Below are positions 10,890 to 22,854 of a stretch of DNA of 35,961 nt, one piece after another. This stretch comes from Octopus bimaculoides (taxonomy: Eukaryota). The first letter of the stretch is position 1. Each line of letters opens with the position of its first letter. The stretch lies in assembly GCF_001194135.2 (NCBI RefSeq), contig NC_068981.1, positions 153,363,880-153,399,840 on the forward strand, in the 5' to 3' direction. The notes under the pieces are model-generated. The model was not told the DNA's origin and made no database searches. It saw only the letters and a list, made by a program, of their open reading frames with translations. Position numbers and translations under genes: made by a program.

Positions 10890-11959
10890 CTCTAAACGAA
10901 TACGAAAATCTTCAGACAAGGAAAGACACATTTTTGTTAATGTAGTCTTATAATGCAGCCCTTCATATACAGTTAAATAAATACGTGTTTGTGTGGTTTT
11001 ACGTATGTATTTGTGCGTATTTGTACATGTATATATATATATATATAAGCATTGATATATGCGTGTACGTGTGTGTGTGTATATATGTATACACATATGC
11101 ATATATATACATACATATATGTATATATATATATATATATAAGCATNNNNNNNNNNNNNNNNNNNNNNNNNNNNNNNNNNNNNNNNNNNNNNNNNNNNNN
11201 NNNNNNNNNNNNNNNNNNNNNNNNNNNNNNNNNNNNNNNNNNNNNNNNNNNNNNNNNNNNNNNNNNNNNNNNNNNNNNNNNNNNNNNNNNNNNNNNNNNN
11301 NNNNNNNNNNNNNNNNNNNNNNNNNNNNNNNNNNNNNNNNNNNNNNNNNNNNNNNNNNNNNNNNNNNNNNNNNNNNNNNNNNNNNNNNNNNNNNNNNNNN
11401 NNNNNNNNNNNNNNNNNNNNNNNNNNNNNNNNNNNNNNNNNNNNNNNNNNNNNNNNNNNNNNNNNNNNNNNNNNNNNNNNNNNNNNNNNNNNNNNNNNNN
11501 NNNNNNNNNNNNNNNNNNNNNNNNNNNNNNNNNNNNNNNNNNNNNNNNNNNNNNNNNNNNNNNNNNNNNNNNNNNNNNNNNNNNNNNNNNNNNNNNNNNN
11601 NNNNNNNNNNNNNNNNNNNNNNNNNNNNNNNNNNNNNNNNNNNNNNNNNNNNNNNNNNNNNNNNNNNNNNNNNNNNNNNNNNNNNNNNNNNNNNNNNNNN
11701 NNNNNNNNNNNNNNNNNNNNNNNNNNNNNNNNNNNNNNNNNNNNNNNNNNNNNNNNNNNNNNNNNNNNNNNNNNNNNNNNNNNNNNNNNNNNNNNNNNNN
11801 NNNNNNNNNNNNNNNNNNNNNNNNNNNNNNNNNNNNNNNNNNNNNNNNNNNNNNNNNNNNNNNNNNNNNNNNNNNNNNNNNNNNNNNNNNNNNNNNNNNN
11901 NNNNNNNNNNNNNNNNNNNNNNNNNNNNNNNNNNNNNNNNNNNNNNNNNNNNNNNNNNN

Positions 11960-12009
<50 letters not shown>

Positions 12010-12599
12010 GCGTGTGTGTAAATTCTCGTATATTTCTCATTCCCGTTCATTTTGCTTTGGATATTTTCCTTTTCTATTTACATTTTTCTCCCCTCATCTC
12101 TCCTGCTCTCCCCTCTCTCCTCTCTCACTCACTCTCTCACTCTCACTCTCCCTCTCTCTCTCCCTCTTCCTGACTCACCTTATTCCTTCCAACACACGCC
12201 TCTTCTCTTCTATTGCCCCTTCTCCTTTTACTCTTTTTCATCTTTTTCTTCACCTTCATATTTTCTTGTTAATATCTTCATCGCTGCTATCTTCTAAGTC
12301 TCCCTGCACTCTAATTAATACATAGTTAGCTCACATATTCGTGGAGAAATTTGCTGTAATTCCCGTTATCTCTTAAGCACACACACACACACATACTGAT
12401 GCCACCCGGTTTAACTATACCACGTGTTCCTTGAGTGATCTCTGATCTTCAATGCAGTTGACACTTCTCTTAACATTTTGAACATCTCACCCCTGTTTCT
12501 TCAAGCGCAACTTGAGAAGAACATGTGCACTCCTCCTCCGCTCCTAACATTATACAAATGTACCTTCTCCTCCCCGTCTCTCCCTCTTTATGTATATAC

Positions 12600-12680
<81 letters not shown>

Positions 12681-12922
12681 TACACATACATTCATGCACA
12701 TGTAGGAATTTATACGTGCATGCATACATTAATGTTTGCTTTTATGTATTGTTATACACAATAAACAAGAACTGCTAAACATCACTTCAAGTGTCACTCA
12801 GTACCTTAAGTAGAGTTTTATATATGTATGTATGTATGCATATATGCATGTATGTATGTATGTATGCGAGTGTGTGTGTGTGTGTGTGTGTGAGTATGTG
12901 TGTGTATGTGTGTGTATGTATG

Positions 12923-12954
<32 letters not shown>

Positions 12955-13010
12955 AAGCTGACAGTGATTTCGAATTTGCGGCTTAACCATCATATATGCA
13001 TATACATACA

Positions 13011-13041
<31 letters not shown>

Positions 13042-13180
13042 GTACATATATATGTATGTATGTATTGAACTCAAAGTAAATAACGCTATAAATTATACCG
13101 AGTAAATATTGGTTTAAAAATACCTTTGGATAGATAGACAGACAGCCAGANNNNNNNNNNAGACAGACAGCCAGACAGAC

Positions 13181-13234
<54 letters not shown>

Positions 13235-13401
13235 CTCATATGTGTGTTTCTCTCTCTCTGTCGCTCTCTCTCACTTACTCTCTTTTTCCCTCCATCTACC
13301 TCTGCTTCCTCCTTTCTCTTCCGCCCTCGTTCTCTCGTTTTCTCTGAATTGAAAATAGCTCAGCTGATCAACAATCCCTACGTTAAGAAGTACACACACA
13401 C

Positions 13402-13432
<31 letters not shown>

Positions 13433-13609
13433 TACATACACATACACACGCACATACATGCATACGCACATGCGCACACATCACATTGCATACTTTCAAT
13501 ATATTTTCTCCGTCTCCCTCGCTTAACGCAAGGCTATAAATAAAATAACTAAAATAGCCAAAACAACATCTTCACAAACCGTCATCAGACTTCTGCACTT
13601 CGTTCTTAC

Positions 13610-13800
13610 CATTACGCTAATAATATTCTTGTTTGGTCTGCTGCTTTAAAAGCAAAGTCTCTTCTAACGTGAACACTTTCATGTACATCTTTGCATACAG
13701 GTAAACACGCATGTGTTAACAGCTATACGCCACAATGCCTAAACGACTGGCGAGTCTATGCGAACGAACAGTCAACGCTCCACTTGTCATTTAAGAGTTG
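13610..13800 (-). other. Candidate first exon (5' UTR plus terminal ATG) of an unidentified minus-strand gene
   Basis: Minus strand reads ...attattagcgtaATG|GTAAGAacg, with ATG at 13612-13610 and a consensus donor at 13609-13604. It lies in non-repetitive sequence directly downstream of promoter-like motifs. The upstream boundary is a guess and no downstream exon was identified. Confidence 0.3.
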
Positions 13801-13849
13801 GCGTCTCATGCTCCATCGGCGAGTATAAGTGATAACAGATTTGAATAGC

Positions 13850-13945
13850 ACTAATTGGGACGACGCATCCAATGGAGTCCCCTTGTATCCATAGCAACTG
13901 CTTCAAAAATTTCGTTGCATGTTTTTGCAGTCTTCGCATGCGTCA
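13850..13945. promoter_or_regulatory. Putative promoter: RFX X-box-like motif, two CCAAT boxes, NRF1-like palindrome
   Basis: GTATCCATAGCAAC at 13885-13898 (one mismatch to GTYNCYATRGNAAC), ATTGG 13854-13858, CCAAT 13869-13873, ttcgcatgcgtc 13933-13944. Locally CpG-enriched unique sequence. Confidence 0.45.
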
Positions 13946-14327
13946 TTTCAATTCTTAGTCTAATGATTTTGTCGGAAAATATTAAGGCATTTAAATAAAG
14001 TATTTAATCTCTTCTTCTTCCTATTTAAGAAACATTGGATTTTTACTCTGTGAGTAGTACATACGTGTGTCTGCAGAAAGAGACAAGACTAGGTAGACAG
14101 CGAGAGAGAGGGAAAGAATAGGGAGAGAAACGGGGAGACATACAGAGAGAAAGTAAGGAAATTGAAATGCAAAGAGTCATACGGGCACACATAGGTGTTT
14201 ATGCATGCGTATATATATGTAGATAATGTGTACATATATACACACGCAAATACTATATATATGTATATATGTATGAACATATATGTATCATGGACGTATT
14301 AAATAAAATATGTGTATGTGTGGGAGA

Positions 14328-14397
<70 letters not shown>

Positions 14398-14547
14398 AAA
14401 ACGGAGAGTGTAGGGAAAATGGGTGTAGTTGTAATAAATGGAGATAAAGAAAATAATAGAGAGACAGGGGGAAAGAGAGAGAAGCGAGTAAAAGCCTGAA
14501 ATGTACAAGTCTATGTATGAAAATAGATAGACCATAATGGAATAATG

Positions 14548-14690
14548 TTCTCTCATTATTCCATTGTGTTCTACATGGGAGCTTTGGGCTTTATAGCATA
14601 TGACATTCATATAAACTTTGATCAAATATCAGGAAACCCCAGAGCATCAGAACTACAAAAACTGGTTCTTATGGGTAGGAAGAACCTAAG
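14548..14690 (+). mobile_element. R4/Dong-type element, extreme C-terminal fragment
   Basis: GALGFIAYDIHINFDQISGNPRASELQKLVLMG parallels ALGMIK...TPGLTNIYNIQKIALLG of the copy at 34666-35182. Confidence 0.55.
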
Positions 14691-14761
14691 AAATAAACAC
14701 TGTCAGTTTGAGAATATCTGAACTTGTTAGAATCTTTCAAAACTGCAAATATTGGATATTG

Positions 14762-14960
14762 GTTTCAAACTTTAGCACATGGCCTGCAGATTCGGGCAAG
14801 GGGGGAAACTTGATTACATTGACCCTAGTTGCTCAACGAGTACTTATTTTATCGACCCCGACATTTTTGCAAGTCAAAGTCGACCCCGGCAGAATTTGAA
14901 CGTTGAACGTAATGACTGAAGAAATGCCGCCTAGCACTTTGCTCGGCGTGCAAACGATTA
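14762..14960 (-). mobile_element. SINE family A copy
   Basis: Plus strand shows tttcaaactttagcacatggcc (tail) through gtacttattttatcgaccccg, aaagtcgaccccggcagaatttgaac (B box) and gcgtgcaaacgatt (head). Confidence 0.8.
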
Positions 14961-14969
14961 ATAGTAAAA

Positions 14970-15177
14970 ATAATCCTTTCTATTACAGGCACAAGGCCTG
15001 AAATTTGGTGGAGGGGAATAGTTGATTTACACTGATCTCCAGTACTCAACTGGTACTTAATTTATCGAACCCGAAAGGATAAAAGGTAAAATCGACCTCG
15101 GCGCAGTTTGAACTCAGAATGTAGCGACGGGCGTAATACCGCTAAGCATTTCGTCCAGCGTGCTAACAATTCTACCG
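14970..15177 (-). mobile_element. SINE family A, well-preserved copy running into a gap
   Basis: aataatcctttctattacaggcacaaggcctgaaattt...ccagtactcaactggtacttaatttatcgaacccgaaaggat...tttgaactcagaatgtagcgacgg...gctaagcatttcg...gctaacaattct. Confidence 0.85.
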
Positions 15178-15473
15178 NNNNNNNNNNNNNNNNNNNNNNN
15201 NNNNNNNNNNNNNNNNNNNNNNNNNNNNNNNNNNNNNNNNNNNNNNNNNNNNNNNNNNNNNNNNNNNNNNNNNNNNNNNNNNNNNNNNNNNNNNNNNNNN
15301 NNNNNNNNNNNNNNNNNNNNNNNNNNNNNNNNNNNNNNNNNNNNNNNNNNNNNNNNNNNNNNNNNNNNNNNNNNNNNNNNNNNNNNNNNNNNNNNNNNNN
15401 NNNNNNNNNNNNNNNNNNNNNNNNNNNNNNNNNNNNNNNNNNNNNNNNNNNNNNNNNNNNNNNNNNNNNNNNN

Positions 15474-15531
<58 letters not shown>

Positions 15532-15536
15532 CATCA

Positions 15537-15628
15537 AGGCAGTGAGCTGACAGAATCCTGTTCTGGGTACAAATTCTGATAAGGTCATCTTTCATCTTTC
15601 ATCCTTTCGTGGTCGATAAAATAAGGGG
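15537..15628 (+). mobile_element. SINE family A, internally deleted copy after (ATT)n 15474-15532
   Basis: aggcagtgagctgacagaatc, then gttctgggtacaaattc and tttcatcctttcgtggtcgataaaataag. Confidence 0.7.
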
Positions 15629-15735
15629 TGTTACCTTAGTTCACTGGTAGTGAACAGCTAGCACCGTAGTACATCTCCAACGATAGAAGCTGTGCAAAGA
15701 CAATAAATAATAATAATGATGATGAAGATAATAAT

Positions 15736-15805
<70 letters not shown>

Positions 15806-15810
<5 letters not shown>

Positions 15811-15975
15811 CCTTTATACTACAAGCACAAGGCCAGAAATTTTGGTGAGAGGGGGCTAGTCGATCACATCGACCCCAGTGCGTTAGTGGTACTTATTTCA
15901 TCGACCCCGAAAGGATGAAAGACAAATTCAGTCTCAGTGGAATTTAAAAAGTGACGTCTTTACGTTCTGAGTTTA
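15806..15975 (-). mobile_element. SINE family A, 3' two-thirds, tail merging into (AAT)n 15704-15810
   Basis: aataatcctttatactacaagcacaaggcc...ctagtcgatcacatcgaccccagt...gtacttatttcatcgaccccgaaaggatgaaag. Confidence 0.8.
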
Positions 15976-16029
15976 AGTCTTTGGACTGTCAATATTTTGG
16001 ATCCTTATATTAGTCTATGTCGATATGTC

Positions 16030-17850
16030 TGTTTAAATTGGAAACTTGAATTTGTTGTCATGACGACTCTCGAAAATTTCTCTAATTTTCCGTTTAGAAT
16101 ATCTATTGCTTCAGTGAAGATGAAGTGCGTTTCAACATTACAAAGGTTCCTGAAATTTGAACAGGGGATATACTTGCTAAATTACAGTACAGATCAGGTG
16201 GTATTGAAGTTATCGATGTTGTGATGTCTCAGGTACTATATATCCTGATAACGATGGCCTATTTCTTTTGTGCGGGGACTTATAATAATTTACTGCCCTT
16301 GAAGCTACCCTCATACATTCCGCGATGTATTTTCTAAGAGTTGACATAACTACCGAAGCTGATAGATAAATGATTCGGCTTTTCGTATAGCTTCCAAGCA
16401 GCACAACTCTTTATTTCGAGAATTGAAGTTATCTCTGTTTCTACATTGGTTGACGGATTATTAAATAATTATCCACACAAGTACTTTAAAGTTCTTAGGT
16501 CTGTCATGTGGTGCGAATAACCTGCTACCTATAATGATGCTTTCCTGCATGCACCAGTAAGACGTCTGTATATTTTTTTTAGATAGATTGGAATATGCAT
16601 GTCATATGGATAAATGCCGCCAGTTCAGATTTAGAAAGTTCTGTGCAATATTGGATTTTACATAGACTATATGGAGAGTTGAACCAAATCATGTAGTTAC
16701 TGTTTTTATCGGTTTGGTTTCATTAGATGGTGTTGCTCCAGGTTCGAAAGTAAGCTTAATTTTTTTCTGTATATTCACTATTCTCCAGGAATTTATTGTA
16801 GTTTGATCTATGAAAATTTCCTTTGTTCAAGGAGCTAATAGAGCTTCTTCCACCTATATTCTTGAAAATGATTATGTTGTGGTTGTAAGTTTTGTCAGTC
16901 TAAATGTGTTTATTGCATGGTTTGCATTTACGTGTATTGGGGTCTAAAGTAATGTCTAGAGAGTTAGCTGCTGTATAGTTACAGTGGTTTAAGTTCTAGT
17001 TCTTTAAAGGTATTGATGAGATTTTATCATATATCCGTTTATATTGTTAAAACCAGCGAAATCATCATCACTGTACTGACCTACATCTAAAGCGTTAAAT
17101 CTAAATCTAAGTTTATCAATGGTGTATAATCTAACTTGGTTACATGCCTGCGTTCGGTTAAAGTAGCGCATCTTGATACTAACAGATCATTAGTCTTTCA
17201 CCTCTCTCATGCAGAGCTTGGAAGTGACTCGCGGCATGTAAGGGTTTCTTCTTTTCGACAAATGCTATCATTCATTTCAACATCACTGTCATCAGTTTTC
17301 CTAACGTATCATTCCATATTCCAGGATCTTGACGTGGATTTGACAGACAGAATTCAATCACATCCAAGTAGATAAATTTGCGTCTATTTTCATCACTAAT
17401 GCTACTAAACCAATGTACTATAACGCTGGAGTTATAACATGGTCGTAATCTAGTAACCTTTCCAACTTTATTATTAATCTAGTTAGTATGTGTTCGCTAA
17501 CTTTTCCAAGTTTATTCAGAACAGGATCTATTAGCTTACATTTTGGATTTACTGTGTTCCGGATATTATTTTCGGTCCCTAGTTAAACTTATTATAAATG
17601 TTTGTGTTAGCTTTTCTGTACTTTTGTGTGATATTTGTACATTCAGAGTTTAGTGAGAATCTTTGTCTAGTTTATACATGGTTTTATTTTTCTTGTGACT
17701 TATCAGAGAGAGAGAGCTTGTAACAGGCGTAATGTCATATTTTAGTTAAGTGAGAAGTTATCTCTATATTTTAAAAAAATCTTACTGTGCCGGTTATTTC
17801 TAGAAGTTCTGCTTGAAAGCTATCAAATCTTTTAATCCGAGAAGAGCAGT
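16030..17850 (-). mobile_element. Degenerate Penelope-like element (RT plus GIY-YIG), 'YRDD' type (Neptune/Nematis-like)
   Basis: Minus-strand peptide remnants occur in order: KTMYKLDKD (~17665-17695), WFSSISDENRRKFIYLDVIEF (~17355-17420; cf. WF...FIxFDIVEFYPS), MRYFNRTQACNQVRLYTIDKL (~17110-17172; cf. MGSxDGAExCELVGLY), GQYSDDD (~17057-17080; cf. GLYRDDG), SRIIYLSASVV...RKYIAE (ORF 16210..16404, GIY-YIG), and LCNVETHFI...ILN...RHDNKF (~16045-16145; cf. CxLCxxEKxxI...LLN...CRHxNKF). Confidence 0.75.
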
Positions 17851-18220
17851 TCTGTTTTTGCTTTTTCTTGTTTTTTTTTTCTAAAATTCCGAATGTTGAA
17901 TGTATTGACGTTGTGTATACACACATATATGCGCTGTTTCAAACACGTACTCATGTATACACACATACATACACGCGCACATACGCACATGTGACTACTG
18001 TGATGTTTAACTCTAGTTCTCTAAAGCCACTAATGAGATCTTTACTTTTTATCTAGATTATGTTAGTTTACCATGGACAAGTGGGTATTAAATTACATGT
18101 ACATGTATAATAAGAGTACATGTACAATAAGAGCTTATTTTCTTTAAGAAGGTATTTTTGATAGCAGGGTCATATATTTGATATACGCATATGTAAGTAT
18201 GCATGCGTGTGTGTGTGTAA

Positions 18221-18255
<35 letters not shown>

Positions 18256-18803
18256 TATGCATCATATATGTGCATATATGCATAGTATGCATGCGTACAT
18301 ATAAACATACACTCATATTTAAACACATACATTCACACTCGCGCGTGCACTTATATGTGGTCGCCACTAGAAATCTTCAAAAATATTCAAAGCTACTATT
18401 TCATAAGAGTAGTATGCTAGCTGTACTTTTGGAAAAGGTTGATGTACTAAATTGCATACACAAAATAATTCTTAAATTATTGAAATTTTGCCTCATCTTC
18501 GGAGAAGGAAAGCAAAAATCTAGCGCTAATTGTTTGCAACTAAGAAAAAGGGGAGGTAATTTCAAGTACACGAATTAATTTTACCGAAATACTTAAATTA
18601 CATGCTAAATGCATAATTTGACCTTCGTTGGCCAACAATGATATCACCTACATTCGAATGTTTCTGCTTTATTGGTCATCTTCAGCGAAGCATATTCATA
18701 ATCGATCTTCTTTGATCAGTTGAACGAGATTTTACGTATAACAGAAAAAGTGTAGGAAGATATTTGGTCTGTAATAAAAAAAAAAGAAGCATATTATGAA
18801 CTA

Positions 18804-18968
18804 GGCGCAGGAGTGGCTGTGTGGTAAGTAGCTTGCTTACCAACCACATGGTTCCGGGTTCATTCCCACTGCGTGGCACCTTGGGCAAGTGTCTTCTACT
18901 GTAGCCTCGGGCCGACCAAAGCCTTGTGAGTGGATTTGGTAGACGGAAACTGAAAGAAGCCCGTCGTA

Positions 18969-19025
<57 letters not shown>

Positions 19026-19230
19026 ATGTTTGTCCCCCCAACATCGCTTGACAACCGATGATGGTGTGTTAACGTCCCCGTATATTAGCAGTTCGGCAAA
19101 AGAGACCGATAGAATAAGTACTAGGCTTACAAACAATAAGTCCTGGGGTCGATTTGCTCGACTAAAGGCGGTGCTCCAGCATGGCCGCAGTCAAATGACT
19201 GAAACAAGTAAAAGAGAGTAAAGAGTAAGG
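18804..19230 (+). mobile_element. SINE family B, full-length, with internal (TA)n(TG)n
   Basis: tRNA-like head ggcgcaggagtggctgtgtggtaag (A box) and gggttcattccc (B box). Body ccttgggcaagtgtcttctac...gtagacggaaactgaaagaagcc, microsatellite 18968-19030, then a 3' part ending in short (gagtaaaa) repeats. Confidence 0.9.
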
Positions 19231-19937
19231 GAAATAACTGAAATGAATCACTGGTGTAAATTTAGATATGTTAGCTAAAGACTGCGCTTAGCTGTATGTT
19301 GTTCATTTATAAAGAAAATATGGCATTGTGACTACATATTCTTTAGGTGTGAATTAACTGGGAATTGATGCAACTCCTGATGTCTTTGTTGTTTAGTGAC
19401 AGCATTCTATCCATGACCATCCCGATTTTTTTTTACCTTTTCCTTCTGTGAATTACATATCTAATATGAATCGTTCGTTTTCTAAAGGTAGCAGTGTCTA
19501 ATTTTAAGAGGGTATTGGTTGATATGTTTAGCCTGCTGACAGACCTATACGCTTAGTCACTAACTCGTGGTCATGTCGTTACAACAGGATATCTTCTAAG
19601 TTTCTCTTCCAGGTGAATGCGCATGTCTTGCCAAAGGAATATGAATGGGTTGTAAATACAGACAGAAGAATAGGAAATACCATGATACTGTGTCACATGA
19701 TTAAGAGTGTGTACGGTCAAAGGTGACAACGTATAGGTCTTTATTGTAGAGATGAAGCCAAGTTGGAATGACAACAGAATCCAAAAGTACACCAGATAAG
19801 ATTAAGTGAGAATATAAGTGAATATTTGTAACTTATGCTGTAATTAATTGATTTTGAAAGAAAGCTTGTTTTCGCTGCTATAGTAATAAGTGGTGGTGGT
19901 GGTGGTGGTGGTGGTGGTGGTGGTGGTGGTTGTGGTG

Positions 19938-20092
19938 ATGACAACAAATGGCTGGACGTGATTAAGGAAATGCTCCGGAGGCTCGATGTCATCTTTGAAG
20001 GTGCAGAGGGGCTGGCACGGGATCGCCAGCGATAAAGAGTACTGGTGGACCCCAGCCTCATCAAGCTAGAGCATGAATCAATCAAGCAAGTT
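19938..20092 (+). mobile_element. RTE-clade LINE 3'-terminal fragment
   Basis: DNKWLDVIKEMLRRLDVIFEGAEGLARDRQR*RVLV matches the RTE C-terminal pattern (RWxDxIK...A.DR.xWR..V). It ends in a short (atca)n tail and follows (GGT)n at 19891-19930. Confidence 0.6.
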
Positions 20093-20596
20093 GGTGGTAG
20101 TGGTGGCAGTACTGCTGCTGCTGCTGCCGCTGCTGTAAGCTCTGATTGATCAGATCTGTGATTGAAGGAATCTAGTTATGACCAACTTGCCTTTTATTAA
20201 AAAATACTTTATCGAAGATTATCCAACAAATGCATCATTTCATTTTCCAATAGTTTGTGTCTAAGTTCATCGAGCTTTGGACTGTTATTTCATGTGATTT
20301 AAGTGGCCACGTAGGCGCTCCCTATATGACGCTGCATTAGTCATGCTGTTGTGAGTTGAGGTGCGAGATAGAGAAGGGAACACTTGTAATCGTTTCTCCA
20401 ACTTTGGCATTGTCGTTGTTATAGTTGTCGTTTAGCCCAGGTCAATCTGAATCAGGTGCACCAATGATCAATCATGTTCCAGCTATGACCATCTGGTCTT
20501 CTTCGCAAGGCTAATTTGTCTTAGAACTACATCAACACCATTAACTAATGTCTTTTCTTTTCGAAACATAACTTACAAAAAATAACGCTTGAGATA

Positions 20597-20810
20597 TACA
20601 TTCCAAATTTTAGCATAAGGTCAGCAATGTCGGGGGAGTAGGTAAGTCGGTTACATCAACCCCCGTGCTCAACTAGTGCTTATTTCATCCCCGAAAGGAA
20701 TGATAAGCAAAGTCAATCTCGGCAGGATTTGAATACAGGACATAAAGATGGATGAAATACCGCTAAGCATTTAGCCAGGGGTGCTAACGATTCTACCAAC
20801 TCGTCGCCTT
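20597..20810 (-). mobile_element. SINE family A, full-length diverged copy
   Basis: Reverse complement head aaggcgacgagttggtagaatcgttagcac; gtattcaaatcc B box; core tttcggggatgaaataagcactagttgagcacggggg. Confidence 0.8.
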
Positions 20811-21022
20811 AAGAAACCTCAAAATATTAACACATTAAATAACATGGTGCACCTGATACCATGTTATTTCTCGGAATATCCTTTATATTTATTCTTCCTC
20901 AATTAACTTTTCAAACAGTTATTTGAGTTCAAGTAAATAACTATTTGTTTACGTTAATTATTTACGTAAATGATCATGTATGTATGTATGTATGTATGTA
21001 TGTATGTATGTATGTATGAATG

Positions 21023-21058
<36 letters not shown>

Positions 21059-21426
21059 NNNNNNNNNNNNNNNNNNNNNNNNNNNNNNNNNNNNNNNNNN
21101 NNNNNNNNNNNNNNNNNNNNNNNNNNNNNNNNNNNNNNNNNNNNNNNNNNNNNNNNNNNNNNNNNNNNNNNNNNNNNNNNNNNNNNNNNNNNNNNNNNNN
21201 NNNNNNNNNNNNNNNNNNNNNNNNNNNNNNNNNNNNNNNNNNNNNNNNNNNNNNNNNNNNNNNNNNNNNNNNNNNNNNNNNNNNNNNNNNNNNNNNNNNN
21301 NNNNNNNNNNNNNNNNNNNNNNNNNNNNNNNNNNNNNNNNNNNNNNNNNNNNNNNNNNNNNNNNNNNNNNNNNNNNNNNNNNNNNNNNNNNNNNNNNNNN
21401 NNNNNNNNNNNNNNNNNNNNNNNNNN

Positions 21427-21475
<49 letters not shown>

Positions 21476-21942
21476 TATATAGATAGATAGATAGATAGAT
21501 AGATAGAGAGATAGATAGATAGATAGATTATTTGTGTGTGTGTATGTGTGTATCAGCTATCGCTCTCATACACACTTTATTATGGCATTCATGCTATTCT
21601 TCCATACTCTTATGTTCTTTGTGAAATTCATCTAATTCATTCCCTCTATCTTGTGCTTGTAAATTATTGTTTTTTTGCTGGTCTCTTAGAATTTCCGTTC
21701 GCCAATTGTCGTCGATTTACTTGGATGTGCAACAGAGTGAAACACATTGTTACCTGTAACAAACCGCGTCTATCTTAATGTAACGCAAACATACACACAC
21801 TGTCTTTCTCTCCATCTCTTTCCTCCTCTCTCTTTCTCTCTCTCTCTCACTCACACATACTCACACACACTCGTGCACACATACAGATAGTACCACACAG
21901 TATTCTTTTTTTTTGGGGGGGGGGAGATAATAAACACACACA

Positions 21943-21977
<35 letters not shown>

Positions 21978-22854
21978 AGATAGATAGATAGATAGATAGA
22001 TATCTCCTGGACGATGTGGTGTCGAAACGATTTCCGTGAAAACTAATTTTTATGTGTATATACTTGTAAGTGCCTGTATGCATGTATGTATGTATGTATG
22101 TATGCATGTATGTATGTATGTATGCATGCATGTATGTATGCATGCATGTATGTATGCATGCATGTATGTATGCATGCATGTATGTATGCATGTATTCAAA
22201 AATGTACAGGAAGCAGCGAGAGTCAAAATAATAGCGTGTTCATTTATTTTTAAAGCGTACATACACATTTTACGTAAATGGTATTTACCGTGGGTTTTCA
22301 TTTGACCTGCATTTCGTTTGCCTATAATGAATTAATTCCGTTCTGTAAAGCCTCTGCACACACCAGCAAAAGTATTGTTTGCTGTTTCAATATAGGGACA
22401 GAAGTACTTGCTTAGCACCAAAAGACCTAAGCAGTATTTATCACTAAGGAGTCATGATTTAGCCGAAGCATCAGTGTCTGAGAGCCTGCTGACGTCGTTT
22501 GAAGTTTGGTACAATTTTACATACAAGATCCTACGAGAGAAAATTCAGTAGTAAATACTATTCACGATCGAGATTGCAGGAACGTGTAAAAAGAAGAACA
22601 CATACATACATACATACATACATACATACATACATACATACATACATACATGCATGCATGCATGCATACATACATACATACATACATACATACATACATA
22701 CATACATACATACATACATACATACATACATAAATATGTTTGTGTGTGTATATATATCTATATGATTTATATAATGTTCTGTGGAATGACTAAATAAAAG
22801 ACTACTCGAGACAAAAACATCGATATAAACCCATTTTTTCATATATATATATAT

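Noticed and set aside
13130-13180. Apparent duplication of agacagacagccaga across a 10-N gap
   Set aside because: Overlapping contig ends in a microsatellite, i.e. a scaffolding artefact.
18804-18880. tRNA gene calls at SINE heads (also 27184, 28600-28672, 6953)
   Set aside because: A/B boxes are present, but there is no complete cloverleaf or acceptor stem and the sequence continues into repeated SINE bodies.
19741-20085. Proline-rich 114-aa ORF on the minus strand
   Set aside because: Poly-Pro is the (GGT)n microsatellite, and the rest is the antisense of an RTE 3' fragment.
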